Assembly (NCBI GenBank): GCA_036796575.1
Contig: DAIRCR010000002.1
Coordinates: 21,020-85,019, forward strand
DNA: 64,000 nucleotides
Direction of reading: 5' to 3'
Origin: Candidatus Nanopelagicales bacterium
Lineage (GTDB): Bacteria > Actinomycetota > Actinomycetes > S36-B12 > UBA5976
Shown one piece after another: positions 29,405 to 39,609 of this stretch. A program made the translations under genes and the position numbers. Below the pieces are notes generated by a model. The model had not been told where the DNA came from, did no database searches, and saw only the letters and a program-made list of their open reading frames with translations. Positions within the stretch are counted from its first letter, which is position 1. Every line of letters starts with the position of its first letter.

Positions 29405-30739
29405 CTATTCGTCAGCCTCAAAGTTTTCTTCATCTGAGCTGGCGTCGAAATCAGCGTCAAAGTCTGCATCTGATTCATCGCCACGAAGCACTGACTCAAG
29501 GTCAACCTTGTTGCCTGATTTATCAACAACGTTCACGCTTTCCAGCACGTGAGCCAATGCCTTGGCGCGACGAACTTCAGAAACTGCGCCTTGCACCTGT
29601 CCGGACTGAACTAGCTGATCTGCAAACTGATCTGGAGCCATGTTGTAGCGCTGAGCTTCCTGAACTAGCCATTGGGATAGCTCGGCATCGTTAACCTGCA
29701 AGTCTTCGACTTCAGCAATCTTGTCCAAGATAATGCGGGACTTAAGTCCATTACGAGTATTGGTTTCGAACTCAGCCTTGTGAGCTTCGTCGCCATGTCC
29801 ATCATCAAAGTGGGCATCGATTTCATCCTGAATCGTGCGCTCTGGAAGATCAAGTTTCACCGCTTCCATAAGTGCATCATGAGTTAGATCGCGAGCCTGG
29901 TAAGCCTGTTCAATCAAGCGGACGCGGCCAAGACGAGTGCGAATGTCTTCGCGTAATTCACCAATGGTGTCGAATTCACTTGCAAGCTGTGCGAATTGAT
30001 CATCAGCATCTGGAAGTTCGCGCTCGCGAACTGCCTTAACGGTTACTTCAACAGTGATGCCTTTGCCACTCCATTGACCAGCAGATGGTGTGAATAGGAA
30101 ATGGCGAACTTCATCGGCCTTTGCGCCACGCACTGCATCGTCAAATCCTGGAACCATGTCATCAGAACCAAGTTCATAACTAAATGCAGTTGCAGCTAAT
30201 TCTTCAACTACCTGACCTTCGTGATCTCCACTTAGGTCAACAAGAAGTACGTCGCCGTCTTTTGCAGCACGAGAAACTTCTTTCAATGCGCCAAAGCGAC
30301 CGCGTAGTGCGGTTAGCTGTTCTTCAACTTGGTCAACTGTCACTTCAGCATCGTCAACAACAACCTTTAGTGAGTCAAACTTAGGTATTTCAAATTCTGG
30401 TCGAACATCAAGTTCAGCCGTGAAAATCAAGCCGGTTTCTTCATCAAGTGTTGTGACATCAACTTCTGGACGCCCGATCTGAACAATCTTGTTTTCGATC
30501 ATGGCCTGAGCTAGACCGGAAGGAATTGCATCGTTAACTGCTTCTTCAAGAACCACGCCTCGACCTACGCGTTGATCAATAATACGATTGGGAATCTTGC
30601 CTTTTCTAAATCCTGGGATGTTTACCTGAGAGCTAATTCGCGCATATGCAGAATCCAATGACGGTTGCAGATCAGCAAACGGCATCTCGATCGTGATCTT
30701 GATGCGGGATGGGGAAATATTCTCGACGACGCTTTTCAC
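29405..30739 (-). CDS. tig: trigger factor
   Basis: It has the N-terminal ribosome-binding motif GFRKGK, a central PPIase-like region and an acidic C-terminal tail. Confidence 0.93.
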   Translation of the reverse strand: MKSVVENISPSRIKITIEMPFADLQPSLDSAYARISSQVNIPGFRKGKIPNRIIDQRVGRGVVLEEAVNDAIPSGLAQAMIENKIVQIGRPEVDVTTLDEETGLIFTAELDVRPEFEIPKFDSLKVVVDDAEVTVDQVEEQLTALRGRFGALKEVSRAAKDGDVLLVDLSGDHEGQVVEELAATAFSYELGSDDMVPGFDDAVRGAKADEVRHFLFTPSAGQWSGKGITVEVTVKAVRERELPDADDQFAQLASEFDTIGELREDIRTRLGRVRLIEQAYQARDLTHDALMEAVKLDLPERTIQDEIDAHFDDGHGDEAHKAEFETNTRNGLKSRIILDKIAEVEDLQVNDAELSQWLVQEAQRYNMAPDQFADQLVQSGQVQGAVSEVRRAKALAHVLESVNVVDKSGNKVDLESVLRGDESDADFDADFDASSDEENFEADE

Positions 30740-30813
30740 GGCTCTCCTATTTATAAGGGCGTTAGATGTGTAGAGCCCGCCCTAAAAAATAAGGCGGACC
30801 CCACAACTACGAG

Positions 30814-30886
30814 TCGGGGCGGAGAGACTCGAACTCTCGGTCTCCTGCTCCCAAAGCAGGCGCGCTAGCCACTACGCTACGCCCCG
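30814..30886 (-). tRNA. tRNA-Pro (anticodon UGG), CCA not encoded
   Basis: Hand fold: acceptor CGGGGCG/CGCCCCG, anticodon loop UUUGGGA, T-loop UUCGAGU. Confidence 0.9.
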
Positions 30887-30954
30887 ATCTTGCTGTTCGA
30901 TTCTAGTAGAAATTATGCGATACTCTAAATCTGTCCAATTGAAAGATTGGCATC

Positions 30955-31025
30955 GCGGGTGTAGCTCAATGGTAGAGCCCCAGCCTTCCAAGCTGGCCAT
31001 GCCGGTTCGATCCCGGTCACCCGCT
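30955..31025 (+). tRNA. tRNA-Gly (anticodon UCC), CCA not encoded
   Basis: Hand fold: acceptor GCGGGUG/CACCCGC, anticodon loop CUUCCAA, T-loop UUCGAUC. Confidence 0.9.
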
Positions 31026-31097
31026 CGTATAGAGGCTCGCGCTTCGAACAGCCAAGACTCCCCAGCAAAGTTTCATACCCTTGACTAGACTTATTTA

Positions 31098-33035
31098 ATG
31101 TCCCTCGCTGCAGCACATCCACTTGATCCGTTATCAAAAATCGAACTAGAAACGGTTATGCAGCATGCCCGTGATCTTTGGGGCATCGACTCAAAATACT
31201 TTTTGCTCACCTGCCAATTGGCTGAGCCTTCTAAATCCGAGGTCCTTGGTTGGACTCCGCAATCAAGCCTGGAACGAGCCGTTCGCATCTCATTTCTGCA
31301 TCGACCAACTTCGGAAGTTTATGAAGGCGTGCTCACCACAAATGGCGCTGCAATTAGTTGGACTTTGATCTCCGGTGCAAAAGCTCCAGTTGTCATGACT
31401 GAGTCGGCACTAGCCGTTAAGGCAGTTCTTAAAGACACACGTGTTCGTGATGCATTAAAGCTGCGAGGCATAACCGATCCTGACACCCAGGTCTATGTCG
31501 AGACCTGGCCAATTGGCGCGCAAATTCCTAAGCACCTCGACAATGGCAAGCGGCTAGTTTGGACACCAATGTGGTTACGGCCAACTCCAGAATCAAATGT
31601 GTACGCGCACCCAATCAATGGTCTTTACGCAATAGTCGATTTGGAATCTGAAGAAGTAATTGACATTGAAGACAGTGGAGTGACTCCAATCCCGATGACA
31701 CCAGGTGACTACCGACTTTCCCAAACTGGTGGTGGAGTGAAATTGAATGATCTGCAGATTGTTCAAAAAGATGGAGCCTCCTGCACGGTTAATGGGTGGA
31801 ACGTGGGCTGGGAACGCTGGAACTTTCGTGTGGGCTGGGATCATCGTGAAGGTTTAGTAATTCATGATGTTCGCTTTGATGACAATGGCGTAGAGCGAAG
31901 AATTGGATATCGCATGTCAATTGCTGAGCTCGTTATTCCTTATGGTGATCCAAGCCAAGGGACTTATCGTAAGAATGCTTTCGACACAGGTGAGTTTGGT
32001 CTTGGTAGTTACACCAACTCCCTAACACTCGGTTGTGACTGCCTCGGCGAAATCTTGTATAAAGATGTCCACCTTCTAACTCCTGAGGGTGATGTACGCG
32101 AAATCAAAAATGCCATTTGTATGCATGAAGAGGATCATGGCATTTTGTGGAAGCACGTCGACATTGATGGTCACGTAGAAGTACGACGAGGTCGACGCTT
32201 TGTAGTTTCGTCAATCGTCACAATTAACAATTACGAATATGGATATTTTTGGTACTTCTATCAAGATGGCTCCATTGAGTTTGAAGCCAAGCTAACGGGA
32301 ATTGTTTTAACGCTTTCAGACACCCCAGGCGTTGATCATCCATCTGCCACAGAAATTGAACCTGGCCTGTGGGCTCCGTACCATCAACATACTTTTTGTG
32401 CGCGCCTGGACTTAGATGTTGATGGTGAGAAAAACACAGTCATCGAAGTTGATTCCGTCGCAAAAGAAATGGGACCAGAGAATATTCATGGTGGTGCCTA
32501 CATAACGCAAGAGACACCAATTGAAAATGAAGGCATGTCAGGACGAATGCTGAACTTGATGACCAGCAGATACTGGAAGATCGTAAATCCAAACAAGAAG
32601 AACCACATGAACAAATCGGTTGGATTCAAGTTAGTTCCCGAAGGAAACTCCTTCCCACTCGCCTCTCCTGATTCTGTTATCGGCAAGCGAGCTGGGTTTA
32701 TGTATCAACATCTTTGGGTGACACCTAACCGCAGGGAAGAAAGATATCCAGCTGGCGAATATCCATTTCAACATGAAGGTGGTGCCGGACTTCCAAGCTG
32801 GACTAAGCAGAATCGAAATCTCGTTAATAAAGATGTTGTGATGTGGTACGTCTTTGGCGTCAATCACATTCCAAGACTCGAGGACTGGCCAGTTATGCCG
32901 GTGGAGCGAATTGGATTCATGCTCAAGCCAACAGGTTTCTTTAAGCGCAGCCCAGCAATGGATGTGGCACCGTCAATGGCAACTTGTTTGCGATGCATCG
33001 GTGATCAAACTCAACCTTGCACTTGTAACCACTAG
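31098..33035 (+). CDS. copper-containing primary amine oxidase (topaquinone enzyme)
   Basis: 645 aa. The TPQ precursor consensus N-Y-E-Y lies in TINNYEYGYFWYFYQDG, and Cu-ligand His residues lie in HQHTF. There is no signal peptide, as in Arthrobacter-type enzymes. Confidence 0.9.
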   Translation: MSLAAAHPLDPLSKIELETVMQHARDLWGIDSKYFLLTCQLAEPSKSEVLGWTPQSSLERAVRISFLHRPTSEVYEGVLTTNGAAISWTLISGAKAPVVMTESALAVKAVLKDTRVRDALKLRGITDPDTQVYVETWPIGAQIPKHLDNGKRLVWTPMWLRPTPESNVYAHPINGLYAIVDLESEEVIDIEDSGVTPIPMTPGDYRLSQTGGGVKLNDLQIVQKDGASCTVNGWNVGWERWNFRVGWDHREGLVIHDVRFDDNGVERRIGYRMSIAELVIPYGDPSQGTYRKNAFDTGEFGLGSYTNSLTLGCDCLGEILYKDVHLLTPEGDVREIKNAICMHEEDHGILWKHVDIDGHVEVRRGRRFVVSSIVTINNYEYGYFWYFYQDGSIEFEAKLTGIVLTLSDTPGVDHPSATEIEPGLWAPYHQHTFCARLDLDVDGEKNTVIEVDSVAKEMGPENIHGGAYITQETPIENEGMSGRMLNLMTSRYWKIVNPNKKNHMNKSVGFKLVPEGNSFPLASPDSVIGKRAGFMYQHLWVTPNRREERYPAGEYPFQHEGGAGLPSWTKQNRNLVNKDVVMWYVFGVNHIPRLEDWPVMPVERIGFMLKPTGFFKRSPAMDVAPSMATCLRCIGDQTQPCTCNH

Positions 33036-33478
33036 CGAGATTCGTAGTCACCAATTTGGCCAATGCGCCTGATGTGACGTTCGGCTTGGCTAAATGGAGT
33101 TTCTAAAAAGGCTTCGATGATTGCAAAAGCTTCTTCTTGAGAATGCTGTCGCGCACCTATGCCAACAACATTTGCGTCATTGTGTTCTTTTGCAAGTTGA
33201 GCAGTGGCAATACTCCAAGCCAGCGCAGCGCGAATGCCCTTAACTTTGTTGGCTGCAATTTGTTCGCCGTTTCCTGAGCCACCGAATACCACGCCTAAAG
33301 AACCAGGTTCGGCTGCCACTGCTTCAGCCGCTGCAATGCAGAACGCTGGGTAATCATCTTCCGCGTCATATTCATAAGCGCCATGATCTACAACTTCATA
33401 GCCCTTGCTAGTTAAGTGCTGAGTCAGTGCATCTTTGAATTCAAGTCCAGCATGATCAGTAGCTAAGTGAACGCGCAT
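33032..33478 (-). CDS. rpiB: ribose-5-phosphate isomerase B
   Basis: MRVHLATDHAG...GSGNGEQIAANK; 148 aa. Confidence 0.92.
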   Translation of the reverse strand: MRVHLATDHAGLEFKDALTQHLTSKGYEVVDHGAYEYDAEDDYPAFCIAAAEAVAAEPGSLGVVFGGSGNGEQIAANKVKGIRAALAWSIATAQLAKEHNDANVVGIGARQHSQEEAFAIIEAFLETPFSQAERHIRRIGQIGDYESR

Positions 33479-33508
33479 TTTTACCTCTTAATCGTCGTTG
33501 AGCAAAAC

Positions 33509-34123
33509 TTAATCGAAAATTGGATCTCTGGTGCGAGTTCGCTTCAATTCAAAGAAGCCGTCAGTGCCTGAAACGAGAACTACCCCATCCCAAAGCTTGC
33601 CCGCTGCTTCACCACGTGGAATTGGTGATACTACGGGTCCAAACAACGCAGTGCCATTGACGTGGATCACAGGTGTGCCAACATCCATGCCAACTGGATC
33701 CATACCTTCGTGATGACTTTTCTTCAGGGCTGCATCAAAATCCGTTGAGTCAGCAGCAGCAATCAGTTCCGCCGGTAACCCACATTCAGCGAGCGCCTCA
33801 ACAATGACTGAAATGTAATCGTCACCTCGGCCTTGGTCATGGATGCGAGTGCCCATAGCGGTGTAAAGCTTTCCAATCACTTCGTCACCGTGTTGCTGTT
33901 GTGCTGCAATAACAACTCGTACTGGTCCCCAAGCGCGCTTCATCAAGTCGATGTACTTTTCAGGAAGTTCGCGACCACCGTTTAACACTGCCAACGACAT
34001 GACATGCCAATTAGTATTTACTGGTCGAACCTGTTCAACTTCGAGCATCCAGCGTGAGGCGATCCAGGCCCAAGGGCAAATGGGATCAAACCAAAAATCT
34101 GCAGTGGTTTTTGTTTCAGTCAT
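33509..34123 (-). CDS. DsbA-like thioredoxin-fold protein, Rv2466c (mycothiol-dependent reductase) homologue with CPWA instead of CPWC
   Basis: It is collinear end to end with my recollection of Rv2466c (FWFDP.CPW.WI.SRW...[31 protein letters not shown]). It shares the rpiB/pepN neighbourhood with M. tuberculosis. Confidence 0.75.
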   Translation of the reverse strand: MTETKTTADFWFDPICPWAWIASRWMLEVEQVRPVNTNWHVMSLAVLNGGRELPEKYIDLMKRAWGPVRVVIAAQQQHGDEVIGKLYTAMGTRIHDQGRGDDYISVIVEALAECGLPAELIAAADSTDFDAALKKSHHEGMDPVGMDVGTPVIHVNGTALFGPVVSPIPRGEAAGKLWDGVVLVSGTDGFFELKRTRTRDPIFD

Positions 34124-34205
34124 GCATTCAGATTAGACCCGCATCTGCGCCACGAAGTAACAGGTGTCAAGATGGTGTCATTCAGGCGAATCAACGGGAG
34201 TACTA

Positions 34206-36749
34206 ATGTCCAGCACCAATATCAGTCGGTTGGAAGCAAGTGAACGTTCCGCAGTCGTTCAAGCCCAAAACTATGACGTGGAACTAGACCTCTCGACTCG
34301 TGATGACACCTTTGGTAGTCGCACCACTGTTCACTTCACAGCTCGCGAAGGCAACTCAACTTGGATCGATTTCATTGCTCCAAAAGTGCAGCGAATTGAA
34401 CTAAATGGTGAGTCTTTGGACACCTCAATCCACGATGGATTTCGAATCCCGCTGCGCAACCTAAAGTCTCATAACGTTCTGATTGTTGAAGCGGAAGCCG
34501 CTTACATGAACACTGGTGAGGGCATGCATCGCTTTATTGATCCAGTGGATGATGAGGTTTACCTATACACACAATTTGAGATTGCTGATGCACGTCGCGT
34601 GTTTGCCTGCTTCGATCAACCTGACATCAAAGCAACATTTACATTTTCAATTACCGCTCCTGATCACTGGAAAGTTGTTAGTAACTCGGCCACACCGACA
34701 CCAACTTCGGTTCGTGATGGCATTGCAAAGTGGGAGTTCTCTGCCACAAAGAAGATGTCTACTTACATCACAGCGATCGTTGCAGGCCCTTATTACGAAG
34801 TGCGCGATGAATACCAGGGCAAGTTTGGGAACTATCCCCTGGGCTTGTTCTGCCGCAGTTCGCTTTCGGAGTATCTAGATCCGGAAGATCTATTCACCGT
34901 CACGAAGCAAGGCTTTAAGTATTTTGAAGAAGCTTTTGATTATGGCTATCCGTTTGAAAAATACGATCAGTTATTTGTTCCTGAATTTAATGCTGGGGCA
35001 ATGGAAAACGCAGGTTGCGTTACACATCACGAAAGTTATGTTTTCCGCAGCAAGGTAACTCGTGCAACTTACGAACAGCGTGCCAACACGGTGCTGCATG
35101 AAATGGCTCACATGTGGTTTGGCGATCTTGTCACCATGAAGTGGTGGGATGACCTATGGCTTAACGAAAGCTTTGCTGAATGGGCTGCGCATCACGCATC
35201 GGTTGAGGCAACTCAATACACCGAAGCTTGGGTGAACTTTGTAAACCAGCGCAAAGCTTGGGGTTATCGTCAAGATCAACTTCCAACCACTCACCCAATC
35301 GTTGCAGACATGTTTGACCTTGATGCGGTGGAAGTTAACTTCGATGGTATTACTTATGCCAAAGGTGCCTCTGCCCTACGTCAATTAGTTGCCTGGGTAG
35401 GCGAGGATGCGTTCTTTGCTGGCATCCGGGAATACTTCAAGAAGCATGCCTGGGGCAACACCGAGTTAACTGACCTATTAGTTGAACTCGAAGCTGCAAG
35501 TGGTCGTTCCCTTCAAGATTGGACTCAACGTTGGTTGCAGACCGCCGGTGTAAACACACTTCGCCCAGAAATTGTGATTGAAGATGGAAAGTACAAATCT
35601 GTCGTAGTAATTCAAGAGCCACCAGTTGCGCCTGAAGGCGTGGATCAACTTCTTCGCCCACATCACATTGGAATTGGCTTGTACAACCGATCTGGTTCGG
35701 TCATCAAGCGCGATACTCGAATTGAAATAGATGTAGACGGCGCTCGAACTGAAGTACCAGAACTCATAGGACAACCGGCTGCTGATCTGTTGTTGCTAAA
35801 TGACGGTGACTACACCTTCGTAAAGATTCGCTTAGACGAAAAATCAGCGAAGACTTCTGCGACAGGTTTGCGTGACATCGAAGATAGTGTTTCGCGAGCC
35901 TTGATTTGGGGCGCCGCTTGGGACATGACTCGTGATGCCGAATTGAGTACCACCGATTACTTAAACATGGTCCTTGGTGCCGATTTGGGCAGTATTGAAA
36001 TTGGCGTAGCACAACAGCTCTTGCTACAAGCCCGATCCGCTATCGAGCAATTTGGTAACCCAGCAAACCGGGCTGCGAATCGCGATGCACTGGCTGGATC
36101 ACTTATCGAAGCGCTGGCAAAAACTGAGCCAGGTGGCGATCATCAACTTGCCTTTGTTAAAAACATTGCCGGCTTAGCCAGAACTGAAGATCACATTTCC
36201 CTAATTGCTGGTTGGCTGGATGGAAGTGCTACCCCAGCTGGCTTGGAAGTTGATACTGACCTGCGCTGGCAACTCGTGGCTCGCCTGGTTGCATTAGGTG
36301 CGTTACCTGAATCAGCGATCGATCAGGAACTAGAGCGCGACAACACTGCCGGCGGTCAGCGCCAAGCGGCTTCAGCGCGCGCTGGTATTCCAACAGCAGA
36401 GGCAAAGTTAATCGCTTGGAAGTCGGTAATCGAAGATACCAATCTTGCCAATGCGCTACTTGAATCAACCGTCGGTGGATTTTCCCAACCAGATCAACGC
36501 GAGTTGCTCGAGCCATTTGTCGATAAATACTTCGAAGTTATTGGCAATGTTTGGGAAACTCGAACAAATGAAATAGCCCAAACGTTAACTTTGGGTCTGT
36601 TCCCATCGTTACTTGGGTCGCCAGAGATCTTGGCCAAGGCTGATGCGTTTATTGCTAGTTCAGTGGACGTTGGCGCTATTCGATTGATTCGAGAGCTGCG
36701 CGATAACGTTGCGCGATCACTTCGCTGTCAATCTGTGGATGCGAGTTAA
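34206..36749 (+). CDS. pepN: aminopeptidase N (M1 family)
   Basis: It has the motifs GAMEN, HEMAHMWFGD and NESFAEW. I chose ATG 34206. Confidence 0.93.
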   Translation: MSSTNISRLEASERSAVVQAQNYDVELDLSTRDDTFGSRTTVHFTAREGNSTWIDFIAPKVQRIELNGESLDTSIHDGFRIPLRNLKSHNVLIVEAEAAYMNTGEGMHRFIDPVDDEVYLYTQFEIADARRVFACFDQPDIKATFTFSITAPDHWKVVSNSATPTPTSVRDGIAKWEFSATKKMSTYITAIVAGPYYEVRDEYQGKFGNYPLGLFCRSSLSEYLDPEDLFTVTKQGFKYFEEAFDYGYPFEKYDQLFVPEFNAGAMENAGCVTHHESYVFRSKVTRATYEQRANTVLHEMAHMWFGDLVTMKWWDDLWLNESFAEWAAHHASVEATQYTEAWVNFVNQRKAWGYRQDQLPTTHPIVADMFDLDAVEVNFDGITYAKGASALRQLVAWVGEDAFFAGIREYFKKHAWGNTELTDLLVELEAASGRSLQDWTQRWLQTAGVNTLRPEIVIEDGKYKSVVVIQEPPVAPEGVDQLLRPHHIGIGLYNRSGSVIKRDTRIEIDVDGARTEVPELIGQPAADLLLLNDGDYTFVKIRLDEKSAKTSATGLRDIEDSVSRALIWGAAWDMTRDAELSTTDYLNMVLGADLGSIEIGVAQQLLLQARSAIEQFGNPANRAANRDALAGSLIEALAKTEPGGDHQLAFVKNIAGLARTEDHISLIAGWLDGSATPAGLEVDTDLRWQLVARLVALGALPESAIDQELERDNTAGGQRQAASARAGIPTAEAKLIAWKSVIEDTNLANALLESTVGGFSQPDQRELLEPFVDKYFEVIGNVWETRTNEIAQTLTLGLFPSLLGSPEILAKADAFIASSVDVGAIRLIRELRDNVARSLRCQSVDAS

Positions 36750-36767
36750 TTCAGATTTGCAATTGCG

Positions 36768-37085
36768 TTAGTTGCTAATTTGCGAGCGTTCGGTTCCAGA
36801 TACTTGGCGATCCGAGAGTGTTGGGTCGTCTAAGTAACCACCACGAGTCGATTTGCGAGCAGAATTTGTCCAGCTTGGACCTAGTGTTAACAGAGTGATG
36901 ATTCCAGTGATAGCCAAAGGCAAAACCACGAACCACAGAATTGCGTTCAGGGTTCCCATTGGCTCACCTGGCTGATCACCATCATCGCGTTTTGTTGACT
37001 CGGCAAATGCTGGCGAAACCGAGGTAGCCGCCAGTATTGCAACAGCTGATGTGGTGGACCAAATACGGCGAATACTTCTCGTCAT
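36768..37085 (-). CDS. hypothetical small secreted/membrane protein
   Basis: 105 aa with a signal-like N-terminus and one TM helix. I recognise no family. Confidence 0.4.
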   Translation of the reverse strand: MTRSIRRIWSTTSAVAILAATSVSPAFAESTKRDDGDQPGEPMGTLNAILWFVVLPLAITGIITLLTLGPSWTNSARKSTRGGYLDDPTLSDRQVSGTERSQISN

Positions 37086-37163
37086 GCCTTTAGTTTACGA
37101 CAGGAATTTCTCGACACGATTGCGGCCCATGACAAATATGGAGATTGTCGCCAAAATAGAGAT

Positions 37164-37691
37164 ATGACTAATTCAGAGTTACCGGATTGGTTCCTGGGGG
37201 AACCTTTAAGAATCATCATTATTTTCTTGGTTGCATTTGTAGTGCGCTTCTTACTGGTGCGGGCTAGTAACCGCGTTATTCGACAAGCCTTTGGCTCAAG
37301 TGATCGTCGAGATCAAAGAAGCTCTACGATCTCAACGGTCCTAAATACCATGGTTTCAGTAATCATTTGGGGAACCGCAATTTTAATGTCGTTAACAGTG
37401 GTTGGAGTGAATATTGCACCACTATTGGCCAGTGCCGGAATCGCCGGAGTTGCGCTTGGCTTTGGTGCCCAGACGCTCGTTAAGGATTACATCTCTGGAA
37501 TCTTCCTAATTATTGAGGACCAATACGGCATCGGTGATGAAGTTGAGATTGGAACCGTCAGAGGCCGAGTCGAAGCGGTAGCGCTGCGAACCACTCGAGT
37601 TCGGGATGAAGCTGGGGTGCTTTGGTACATCAGAAATGGCGAAATTTTGAACGTTGCTAACTTCAGCCAAAACACGACTTGGGAAAAGTAA
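37164..37691 (+). CDS. small mechanosensitive-channel (MscS) family protein
   Basis: It has three N-terminal helices and the MscS signature region LVKDYISGIFLIIEDQYGIGDEVEIG..RGRVE. It is short (175 aa) compared with typical MscS. Confidence 0.7.
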   Translation: MTNSELPDWFLGEPLRIIIIFLVAFVVRFLLVRASNRVIRQAFGSSDRRDQRSSTISTVLNTMVSVIIWGTAILMSLTVVGVNIAPLLASAGIAGVALGFGAQTLVKDYISGIFLIIEDQYGIGDEVEIGTVRGRVEAVALRTTRVRDEAGVLWYIRNGEILNVANFSQNTTWEK

Positions 37692-37736
37692 GCACTTCCA
37701 CCCTGCATAACGACTAGAAATCCGTAACACTTAGGT

Positions 37737-39230
37737 ATGTCACAACTTTGTCTCGTTACTGGCGCCACCGGATATATCGGTGGTCGACTTATTCCTCGTT
37801 TACTTGAACAGGGCGTGCGGGTTCGAGTACTAGTTCGACATCCAGAGCGAATCGCTCAGCATCCTTGGTTCGACCAGGTTGAAATAGTCAGTGGCACCGC
37901 GGATAACCCTGAAGTATGTGATGAAGCATTACGAGATGTTGACGTTGCCTATTACTTAATCCACGCAATTGGAAGTTCTGGTGACTTTGAAGAGACCGAA
38001 CGAAATACTGCAGGCGTCTTTGCGCAAGCCGCAAAAGCCAACAACGTAGGACGAATCGTTTACCTCGGTGGACTGCAAAATGATCCAAAGCTTTCACCAC
38101 ACTTGAGGTCGCGCGCAGAAGTTGGAAACATTTTCATCAATTCAGGTGTGCCAACAATTGCATTTGGTGCCGCAGTCATCATTGGCTCTGGAAGTCTCTC
38201 GTTTGAAATGCTTCGCTACTTAACTGAACGCTTGCCAGCGATGATTACGCCTAGATGGGTTCGTACCAAGATTCAACCGATCGCCGTGCGTGATGTTTTG
38301 CGCTACTTAGTTGAAGCGCGTAACTTGCCAACCGGATTGAATCGAACATTCGACATCGGTGGGCCTGATGTGCTTACTTATCAGAAAATGATGCATGGCT
38401 ATGCAAAAGTTGCTGGCTTGCGAAAACGAATCATTTTGCCAATTAACTTGCTCTCCCCAGGTTTATCTGCGCGTTGGATTGGCCTAGTAACACCAGTGCC
38501 AAAAAATATTGCTCGGCCATTAGTTGATAGTTTGAAAACCGAAGTAATTTGCGCTGAAAATGACATTAAGCAATACATTCCAGATCCGCCTGAGGGCCTA
38601 ATGGGATTTGAAGACGCTGTTGCCATAGCGCTAACGCGAATTCGACAAGCAAACGTAAAGTCACGCTGGTCTTCGGCATCAATGCCAGGAGAGCCAAGCG
38701 ATCCCCTGCCAACCGATCCTGATTGGGCTGGTGGGTCGCTGTATACAGATGATCGATACGTCCCTTCGAATTCAACGCCAGAATCACTATGGAAAATCAT
38801 TGAGGGCATCGGTGGTGAGAACGGTTGGTACTCGTTCCCGTTGGCGTGGGAAACTCGCGGAATCATTGATCGATTCTTTGGTGGACCGGGTATCCGACGA
38901 GGTCGTCGGGATCCAAACAAGTTACTCGCTGGCGAGATTGTAGATTTTTGGCGGGTTGAGGAATGTATTCCAGGTGAGTTGCTGAGACTTCGGGCCGAGA
39001 TGCATATGCCTGGGCTTGCCTGGCTGGAACTTCGCGTGGAAAAGAATGATGCTGGCGAAACCATGTATCACCAGCATGCCATCTACCATCCAAAAGGCTT
39101 AGCTGGCCACGCATACTGGTGGTCCGTTTGGCCTTTCCATGGCTTTGTATTTGGTTCCATGACCAGAAACATCACCAAGGCTGCTGCCGAACTAGATGCA
39201 CGGGCCAAAGAACTAAATACGGCAAACTAG
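37737..39230 (+). CDS. NAD(P)H-binding SDR-type protein fused to a DUF2867-like C-terminal domain
   Basis: It has the Rossmann motif VTGATGYIGG. The ~170-aa C-terminal half (WYSFP..LW..RG..D...GG) resembles DUF2867. Confidence 0.65.
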   Translation: MSQLCLVTGATGYIGGRLIPRLLEQGVRVRVLVRHPERIAQHPWFDQVEIVSGTADNPEVCDEALRDVDVAYYLIHAIGSSGDFEETERNTAGVFAQAAKANNVGRIVYLGGLQNDPKLSPHLRSRAEVGNIFINSGVPTIAFGAAVIIGSGSLSFEMLRYLTERLPAMITPRWVRTKIQPIAVRDVLRYLVEARNLPTGLNRTFDIGGPDVLTYQKMMHGYAKVAGLRKRIILPINLLSPGLSARWIGLVTPVPKNIARPLVDSLKTEVICAENDIKQYIPDPPEGLMGFEDAVAIALTRIRQANVKSRWSSASMPGEPSDPLPTDPDWAGGSLYTDDRYVPSNSTPESLWKIIEGIGGENGWYSFPLAWETRGIIDRFFGGPGIRRGRRDPNKLLAGEIVDFWRVEECIPGELLRLRAEMHMPGLAWLELRVEKNDAGETMYHQHAIYHPKGLAGHAYWWSVWPFHGFVFGSMTRNITKAAAELDARAKELNTAN

Positions 39231-39234
39231 AGGC

Positions 39235-39609
39235 GTGGAACAATCACTCTTTGATGCAGTTGGTGGCGAAGAATTCTTCGTAAAACTCGTTGATGGCTTT
39301 TATGTTGGCATTGAGTCAGACGAAGTTTTGCGTCCAATGTATGTCGATCAGGATCTAACTGAATCCCGTCGGCATTTAACGCTTTTCTTGCAGCAGTACT
39401 GGGGTGGACCATCTATTTATCAGGCAGAACGCGGTCACCCAAGACTTCGCATGCGCCACATGCCATTTGTAATTGATGACGATGCTCGAGATCGCTGGAT
39501 TTACCACATGCACGCTTCGCTCTCCCAGATTGAAATGGATGAAGCGCTTCGTGACCAACTTTGGACCTACCTAGTCTCTGCCGCCCATAGCTTGGTGAAT
39601 ACGCCCTAA
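39235..39609 (+). CDS. glbO: group II truncated haemoglobin (trHbO)
   Basis: GTG start. The sequence LFDAVGGEEFF..LVDGFY...RPMY...FLQQYWGGP..Y...RGHPRLRMRH.PF is typical of GlbO. Confidence 0.85.
   Translation: MEQSLFDAVGGEEFFVKLVDGFYVGIESDEVLRPMYVDQDLTESRRHLTLFLQQYWGGPSIYQAERGHPRLRMRHMPFVIDDDARDRWIYHMHASLSQIEMDEALRDQLWTYLVSAAHSLVNTP

Noticed and set aside
30925-31137. 70-aa minus-strand ORF
   Set aside because: It overlaps tRNA-Gly and the amine-oxidase start.
37164-37691. MscS-like gene as a truncated pseudogene
   Set aside because: It is short for the family, but the ORF is intact and compactly spaced, and no remnant of a C-terminal domain is visible downstream. I cannot support a pseudogene call.
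38399-39064. 221-aa minus-strand ORF (and similar long antisense ORFs at 13488-14102 and 47211-47732)
   Set aside because: These lie antisense inside well-supported genes (the SDR/DUF2867 protein, the sarcosine-oxidase-like protein and fdhD). They have Ser/Arg/Pro-rich compositions typical of frame shadows.
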